Below, one piece after another: positions 54,989 to 64,000 of a DNA stretch of 64,000 nt. The stretch's first letter is position 1. Each line of letters begins with the position of its first letter. Source of the stretch: the human T2T-CHM13v2.0 reference genome, Homo sapiens; NCBI GenBank assembly GCA_009914755.4, contig CP086569.2, forward strand, positions 27,104,001-27,168,000, read 5' to 3'. Under the pieces are notes generated by a model. The model worked only from the letters and a program-made list of their open reading frames with translations, searched no databases and had not been told where the DNA came from. A program made the position numbers and the translations under genes.

Positions 54989-55079
54989 CAAAACTATTTT
55001 TTAAAACTGATTTTTTTAAAGTTTTTTGTACCTTTTAAAGCAAATCTTAGGAGATAAAACTAATTGAGGCTGGAGGTTA

Positions 55080-55482
<403 letters not shown>

Positions 55483-56361
55483 CTAGAACATCACTATATT
55501 AAGGTAGGATCAGCATACTTTCTCCAAAGGGCCAATATATATTTTCAGGTTTGTGGTTCATCCAATCCATCACTACTACTCAACTCTGCTGTTGTAGCAC
55601 AAAAGCAGTTTTGGATAATATGTAAGCAATGTGCATAGCAAGAATTGGCCCTGACTGTTCTAAAAGTTCATATTGGGAAAGACCACTGGAGCTAAATCCT
55701 CTGGGATGAACTGCAAGATTGTGAGTAAGGTAGTTTAGCAGAAGGACAAAAAAAAAATCACTACAAATCTTGTCCACAGAGTTTTGTGGTGGAAAAAGAA
55801 CCCAGGGACTTCCAGGTTGAAAAATTCCATCCTATTCTGTGAAATCGATTCTCCTAAAACTATAAAATAAGAATAAGCATTTTTAGAATATATTATTCTA
55901 AGTTCGCTTCCTCACCTTAACAAATTATCATACTAATTCTCATGGTTAGTTACAATAAATATTTTTATCAGCACCACTTTTAGCTCTCATCAAGGGAAAA
56001 GATGCAAAGTCACAAACTGAATTTAGCCAATTCTCAAATTTACACTGTATCCCAATACCATGCATACACACACTAAGAAATGTTCACACTCCTCATCAGG
56101 TCACTCTTAATTGTATGATGGGTATGCAACCTCTGAATGGCAAAAACAAGGAATGACTGGTCATCCTTTTGACATCTGGCCTATTCTTGTCTGAGTTATT
56201 ATGAGGATACATGATGCTGGATTAATGATTAATGCAGTGCAGACAGATCAAATCCTCTCCTGTCGTGTGATAGTGAAATGCTCTGCACAGCAAAAGGATT
56301 ATTTTCTGTAAATGGCAGTGTTTAAGAATCTTTCCTGGCCCCCTCCAATCCATGAGGTTAC

Positions 56362-56480
56362 CTTGCTTCTTTACTTGCTCCAGAAGAAGATCCTTCATGG
56401 CTGGCTCTTCTGCAAGGTCAGAGGGAACTTCACCTTCACCATTGACAATACCTCCACTGGCTCCGTGATTAATGAAATAC
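56362..56480 (-). CDS. PPP1R12B: MYPT-family exon: (E)YFINHGASGGIVNGEGEVPSDLAEEPAMKDLLLEQVKKQ(G)
   Basis: Part of the minus ORF 56222-56554. Acceptor is ctatgcag|G and donor is CAAG|gtaacc. Length is 119 nt, and its phase matches the exon on either side. Confidence 0.8.
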
Positions 56481-57220
56481 CTGCATAGACAAGATCCAGG
56501 ATCAATATTATCTGTCAATCTAATATAAATTTTACCCATGCATCTGGCATTCAATACACAACGAAGTCTCTATTTTGAGTTTAAAATATGGTCTCAGTTA
56601 AGATATTCCATTATTAATTTCTATGTGCCTTAAACTTCAATAATTAAGACTGAAGGCTTCCCCATTTCCTGACTAGAGCAATGCCAACAAACAGGATTTC
56701 TTTCACACTCATGTTACTAACTCCCATCCTGTCACTCCCAGTGGATGGCAAGAGAATTTCTAAGTTACATAAAGAAGGCATGCAGCCTTAAACTTTCCCA
56801 GTGCCACATTGGAGCTTATTAAGTAGTGCTGTGGGTGTGAAAATAGAAGAATAAAGTGTGCATTTAAATTTGCATAAATCTGCCTAAATTATGCCTCCAT
56901 AAAACTCTCCTATCAACCAGACATCCACATGAAATCTTCCTCTACTCTAAGATGAAACTAAATTACTTAAGAAGAAATATTAAAACGTTAAAGAATTAAA
57001 TTCTAAATCCAAATAGAATACTTGATTCTGAAGAAGAAAGGTCTGATAATTCAATACCTTACATAGATCCTTTTTGATTTTCAGAGTGCTTTCACATAAA
57101 ATTATATCATAAGTCTTAGGCAACATTATGAAGTGGGCAATGTGGGTATTACTACCATGACTTTAAGAAATTGAGGTTCATACATATTAAGTAATTTTCT
57201 CAAAACCACATAGCGGGTAA

Positions 57221-57738
<518 letters not shown>

Positions 57739-57842
57739 ATGGGAACTACATTTTAGACACTGTAGGAGATTAAAAAAAAAAAAAAAAAGAGAGAGAGATA
57801 ATATATGGCCACTGGCCACTGCATTCAAATAATTGGCAGAGG

Positions 57843-58120
57843 GAGCCAAACGCAGTGGCTCACCCCTATAATCCTTTGGGAGGCTGAGGTGGGTGGATCA
57901 CTTGAGGCCAGGAGTTCGAGACAAGCCTGACCAACATGGTGAAAACCATCTCTACTAAAAATACAAAACTTAGGCGGGCATGGTGGCAGGCACCTGTAGT
58001 CCCAGCTACTCAGGAGGCTGAGGCACAAGAATCATTTGAACCCAGGTGGCGGAGGTTGCAGTGAGCCAAGATCAGCCTGGGTGACAGAGCAAGACTCTAT
58101 CTCAAAAAAAAAAAAAAAAA
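57843..58120 (+). mobile_element. Alu (S-like, slightly 5'-truncated)
   Basis: gggagccaaacgcagtggctcacccctataatcctttgggaggctgaggtgggtggatcacttgaggccagg... poly-A. TSD is ttggcagaggg. Confidence 0.85.
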
Positions 58121-61100
58121 GTTGGCAGAGGGAAAAGAATCAATAGAGATTAGATTAAGAACATGTTTTTGCTTTCTCAGTGCCTAGTACCTGGTATAAT
58201 AGGGCCTCAACAAATGTTTGTTAATTTATAGATCAATTCTATATGTATAAAGCTCAAAAGCCTTCACAATTCACCTTTTAACCATCTCCTTCTTTCCCTT
58301 ATAGTCTCAGAGGAAGACAGACCTTATTCAATTCCAAAACTAACTCCCTCTATTTGTATTCTTACTTCTATCAAGTCCTAGTATTCCGTTCATAAATTAC
58401 CCTTCATTTCCACATATTCAACATCTCCTCTCTTCTGATTCCTCTCCATTAAGCAAAAGGAATATTCAGCTATACCTCCCCAACCCTGAAATATCAAAAT
58501 GCAAATAATACACATAGTAAGCACTCAACAAATGTTTCCTGGATTGAAGTGTACCCTATACTCTATAATCAAACTAAACCACTTACTGTTCCCAAACACA
58601 TCAACTCTCACCCAGCTCTCTTCCACAGCTTGTTTCTTCCAACTAGGTGGAACACTCTCCCTTCTCTTTTCCCATGTAGAAACCTTGCAATTCTTTCGAA
58701 GTTCATTTAAAATGCTTTTGCCTTCATGAAACCTTCGCCTGTTCTCACAAACTGAATTCCCTCTTTCCTTCCTTTAACCCCATACTCCCTCTTCTCCTCC
58801 CCAACAAACACTAATTCTAGACCTCGGTTATGACTTACACTGTACCTCGATGCAATCATTCCATCAGACTGAAAGCTACTTGAAGGCAATGTGAAAGGAA
58901 AATAAAAACTTGGGACCCTAATTTCACTATTCCAAAAGAAAAAAAATTAAACTGAAAGCTGAGTCATGCAAGAAGCTGCCTTACCTTTTGTTCCTAAGCA
59001 GATAGCTATAGATAAAAAGTTAAATATCTCCACAGGTTCTATGTTTACCTCTATGTTCACATTATCTTATGTAAAGCGAGATTTACTGAGCGTGAGATGA
59101 ACATGTAATTGACTATTCCCCTACTTGCTCCTTTTCTCTGGCTACATGTGAATTCAGGAATGTGACCATGCCCTCCCCTTTTCCCCTCCAGGCTGCTTTT
59201 CCCTTTTAAGTATTGAAGCTCTCAACTTGATCTCTGGGGAAAGGCACAGATCTGTCTCCCGGGTGTGCGTCTTTAACCTTGGTAAAATAAACTTTTAAAT
59301 TGATTGAGACCTGTCTCAGATACTTTTTGGTTCATAGCAACAACTGGGTCTTCCAATTATTATCGCCATGGCATCTGACACTTGCTTTTTTCTCTTGGTA
59401 TTCCATAAATACTGCTTGAATTACATGAAATATCTTAACCACTCTACTCTGACGTCTATTCCATCCCTACTGGATCAGGCATAATGTCACTTGGGTATAC
59501 AGGACCCTGCTTTTCCTGCGTTCTACAATCAAGAGGACAAATTTTTAGAAAGTAACTTGGCTCTCTGTTTTTCCATTTTCTCCAGTTCTAGGAAAAAAAA
59601 AATTTAAAAACCTCTTTATTTTTACTTTTACCTGGACAAGAATAAATATCAACCTGTGAAGTAATTTCTACTTTATCTCTGAGAATCCTTACAGTTGCCC
59701 AAAGGCTCACAAACAGCCACTAGCTCAATAAATATGCCCCTAGAAAATAAGGCCTTCTTGTCCCTCCTAACTCAACACCAATACAAGGTCTTTATGCTAC
59801 TATCTTAAGGGAGGAAGAAAGAAAATGAAATATGTTCAAAAACTTAGAATAAATTAGTATCTCAATAAACTGTAAAGCCAAATGCTGTATGTTTGGGTCA
59901 ATCTGCTGCTTCTAAGTGAAACATTTATTCATTAAAAAAATGTTAAAACACCCAGCTAACTAGCATTGAAACTGAACTCATTTTAAAATGAGGAAAAAAG
60001 CCTCTGAAGCTCCCTGCTTTTGATACAACATACTGAGACAAAAAGATCACCATGAAACATGAAATAGAATGTACTTGGATTCTTCCTAGAAAGCCAGTTT
60101 GCCTTTATTCATTTCTACTACCTTGAAATTTATTTCCTAATGATTCTGGGAATAAGAGCATAAAGTCTAAGATCTTTAAGATACAAAAATAAAAACGACA
60201 AGATGATCACGGACTGATCTTATTTACAACATTCTCCATTGGCCCTGAGGTAAAGCAACCGAAATGAACAGTACAAACAATGTTTTTTTTCCATTTCATA
60301 TTAAAAAATGCTACATACTGCAAATAAATAGATGATAGTAAAGTCAAAACCTGTCTAATAATGATATGCATAGTGAAAAATAAAATAAAGAAGGCCATCT
60401 CTACCGCCACCCCACCTCTGCAATGGAATCTGGTCTAGATCACCTCTCTCCTGGTCAGACTTCCAAGTTTAATTTATAATAATCTGTCTTAGGAAATAGT
60501 AGCTCTCACAGATTTATTTCATTCAAGGTAATATTTGTTTGAGCTAGAGATTGTTACATTTTGAACTTACTTCCAGAATAATTATATTTGTTCATAAAGA
60601 TGAATTAAAGAAATCACTGTAAAAAAAAAAAAAGCAATTACAATCATTCTCTGTACCTAGCTTCACACACAGGAGGATAATGCCAGCACAAGTGATCCTA
60701 ATTCTAAGCATGAGCTCTCCTTAGAAAAGTGAAAGAAAAAACTTAGGAAAAAATTGAATCCTTGAATGTAATGAGATTTGGTAGCTCAAATATCACAAAC
60801 ATGCCACCTGAACAAATAGCAATTGAAAGGCCAACATGTTCTATAAATGTTTCTTAAATAAATGTTTTAAGTAAAATTACCTCAACTCTTAGGCATCAGA
60901 ATTCTGATGTTACTGGATAAGACTAAGAATAAGAGCCCTCCTTCCCATTAGACTCTGAAAATGGGCAGCCTAGGGGATGAAAAGGTTACTGACTTTTACT
61001 AAATTGGAACAGACAGAGGAATCAAGAGTGAAGAAAACTGCATTGTTTATTTCTGTTGGCTCTGGGGCCAAGCCAGTCATCCACTTTTTAGAACAAGCAG

Positions 61101-62188
61101 CCCAGTCAAACACCAGTGCTGCTGCCTAAAGTTTCTCTGGCTCTGACTCTCCCTTTGTTTAACTTCTCCCACTGAGCATCCCTGGGTCAGCAGCAAACCT
61201 AGCAACTCAGGCTCTCCCTTAGGAAACCTGGGCAAATCAGATTCTGCGGGAAGTCATTATCAGGCCTCTACACAGCTGCCAACAAAATTCTCCCTGCTGT
61301 TTCCTGGACAGGAGAAATGTAATGGAGCTCTAATCGTATTATTGAAAAGGGCCTTCACACAAGCAATCTGATTTTCAAAGGAGCATAGAATATCATGATT
61401 TTATTTAGGGAATTTACCTTAACAATATAAATTTACCCTTATCTAGGATACACTCAACTACCTCATTTTAAAGATGTTTTGACTGCCATTTTAAAGATGT
61501 TTCCTTGTTTAAAAATAAACTCCCCGATCATTCCTTCACACAACAGATATTTATTCAGTGCCTCTTATATCTCAGGTACCACATGGTCAGGATTCTTCTG
61601 CCCACGGGAGGGGCAACTAGTTGTCCTGGAGATTAGTAGCTCCTAATGTATCTTATTAAATATTCCCATTCAACTAATGTGGACAACACATGCCAGTGCC
61701 CACCTTTCCTTTGTTCCACCTGTTTAGGCTCATTCTTCTGCTATTAACTACACGAGTGCTGTGACTGGTATGCTAGGCATTTTTTATCTTCATTTGTACT
61801 AAGCACTGATTTTTTTAAAAAAACAATGAAATAGGTTTACAAAGAATCCAGAAAAACATCTCCAGGCCTGCCTATATACGTGCCCAGCTACAGTTGTTCA
61901 GAAAGTGAACCCAGACAGTGGAACAGCCACCTCTGCATATCCCAGCAAATTATAAATTACCTGAAAATAGAAGCAAACAAAAAGAGTTTCAACTAAAAAA
62001 CTATGGATTTAGCAGCTTTACAAACCATTGTATTAGTTATGTCTTAAAGATAATTCAACTTTCTGCTTTTGTAATCTGTAATAAAGAGAGATTATAACTA
62101 TTTAAAAATTCAAATTCCTAAGAATAGAGGAGAAATGAAGGCCATTCCTACAAATACTGCAAAGCTACACACACAGAGACTCACTCAC

Positions 62189-62319
62189 TCTGCTATGTTG
62201 AGATAGCCACAGAAAGCTGCTGCATGAAGGGGTGTCCAGTCCTCTTTGTCTTGCTGGTTTACATTGGCTCTCTTCTCCACCAGAAACTTCACCATGTCCA
62301 GATTTTCATCAATACAGGC
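62189..62319 (-). CDS. PPP1R12B: MYPT-family (PPP1R12B-like) exon, ankyrin repeat: ACIDENLDMVKFLVEKRANVNQQDKEDWTPLHAAAFCGYLNIA(E); starts in phase 0 and ends with 2 extra nt
   Basis: Reverse complement of 62189-62319 translates without stops to an ANK repeat. Acceptor is ttttcttttcag| and donor is |gtgagtgag. The split GA codon is completed by the G that opens the 56.4k exon (GAG = E). Confidence 0.8.
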
Positions 62320-62548
62320 CTGAAAAGAAAAGCCCGTTCATTCATTCAACAAGTATTCATTGAGTTCCACTATGTGCCAGACACTGCTCTGGGCATTGAC
62401 AATGCCCAGCAGTTCTAATAAATACATTAATTTCTATTTCTTCCATACTGTGTCCAGAGCATGACTTGTAGGCTTTGTGATCTTATGCAAGCTCTTAAAT
62501 GTCTCCATGCCTTAATATCTAAACTGTGAAACACAGTTTCATGTATAA

Positions 62549-62880
<332 letters not shown>

Positions 62881-63063
62881 TAGTATTATTAGGATTAATT
62901 GTGAAAGCGATTTCTAAAGTGCTACAAATAAATAAGCTGTTTCATCATTATGTTATAAAAAGGAAAGTATGTTACAAAACACTGATTTGTATATGAATTT
63001 TATTTTATTTCACTGCCACCTATTTGTCACAGATGCTTATCAATTTTAAAAGAAAATAATCAG

Positions 63064-63137
63064 AGGATCGCCTGATGCCAGGAGTTTGAGGCCAGCCTGG
63101 GTAACATAGTGAGACCCTATCTCTATTATTAAAAAAA
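63064..63137 (+). mobile_element. Alu monomer 3' fragment
   Basis: ggatcgcctgatgccaggagtttgaggccagcctgggtaacatagtgagaccctatctctattattaaaaaaa. Confidence 0.6.
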
Positions 63138-64000
63138 TTCATTCCTTCATTCATTTAAAAAAGAAAAAATCACACAGGATCAAATGCAATTTTTCTCAGT
63201 GGGAAGTTGTAGTTTACGACTCTAGAATTGCTAAACAAACACTGCTTTGGTGAGAAAGGGTAGGGTGATCATTTCAAACAGAAAAAATGTATTTTCATGT
63301 ATTTTCTGAATGGCTTCAAACACTATGGCAAAGTATGCTTGCAGTTATGGATGGTTAGGGAGTCTCGTCTGCTCATTTCATGGCAGCAATTAGGAGAAAG
63401 CAGAAGCTTTCTGAATAAAGGCGTTAGGCTTACCATAAGACTAACAGAAAGAGTCACAAACAGCAATGAGATCTAAAAAAACCAAAAGGTCTTGACATAG
63501 CTACAGAATAAAAATGTGGTAGAAGGCCCACATGTGAAAATGGTAATCATTACCAAGGCTTGGATGGTTACAAAACCATTGGGATAATTCAGGACCAACA
63601 AACAAATGAGACTCCCTTTTTAAAACTTGCCTTTTAATGCCCTCCTTTAAAAAACAAGGCTAAAGCTTCAGCTCAGGAAGAATTATCCAAATCAAAGGAT
63701 TTTCATAATAATATTAAGATATTACTTGCATTTTCATTGTATTGACATTTACACTAATGATGCAAAAGCAATGGTGAGTAAAACCGCTGGTGCCTTAACA
63801 TGAAGCAAGACAATGGCATCAAAAACTACCAGCAGGCACTATATTCCCTCACCACGTACAGTTAAAAAAATAAAAAAGAAAGCCAGTTTCACTTAAGAAT
63901 AACCTTGAAGAAGTAGTAGAAATGTTTTTTTTAATATTCTGTGTGAGAAAATGGAAAGTATACGTAAAGCACTTCTGCTGCATTTTGAGGTATGATGGTT

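Overview
This window is primate, almost certainly human, genomic DNA, not a prokaryotic locus. Nothing here resembles a novel 'system'; the one notable result is a probable unprocessed pseudogene. About 45-50% of the window is interspersed repeats.

Repeats. There are more than 30 Alu elements, including AluY copies with intact CpGs and one AluYa5-type copy with a ~43-nt pure poly-A tail. There are four LINE-1 copies, all on the + strand. One is a full-length L1PA element (47635-53958) with target-site duplications (TSDs), an intact 5'UTR and disrupted ORF1/ORF2. The window also holds MIR fragments, two DNA-transposon miniature inverted-repeat elements (MITEs) with terminal inverted repeats (TIRs) and TSDs, and Alu-tail-derived microsatellites.

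Gene content. The - strand carries a series of eight exon-like segments with canonical AG/GT boundaries and very large introns: 62.3k, 56.4k, 46.8k, 45.3k, 43.6k, 41.7k, 40.9k and 37.0k. Conceptually spliced, they encode the ankyrin-repeat and central region of a myosin-phosphatase targeting subunit. The best match is PPP1R12B (MYPT2); the motifs include ...YELNVQDYDGWTPLHAAAHWG..., ...LQSEKETWNKVIE..., ...KMLYEEETPKSQEMEEENKESSSSSSEEEEGEDEASESETEK... and ...RTPHKSQADSTAEKTADNVSSSTPFCVITNRPLPSTANGVTATPVLSITGTDSSVEAREKRR. One of these exons contains an in-frame TAA. There are also non-conservative substitutions at otherwise invariant ANK-repeat positions, and a 3-bp perturbation at an exon/intron junction. 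The parsimonious reading is therefore an intron-containing (unprocessed) diverged copy or pseudogene of PPP1R12B rather than the functional gene. This rests on the sequence plus my recollection of the family and should be checked by alignment. No rRNA, tRNA or CRISPR array was found. The only promoter-like sequence is the L1 5'UTR internal promoter.

All coordinates were derived by eye from the printed sequence, so boundaries may be off by a few bases.
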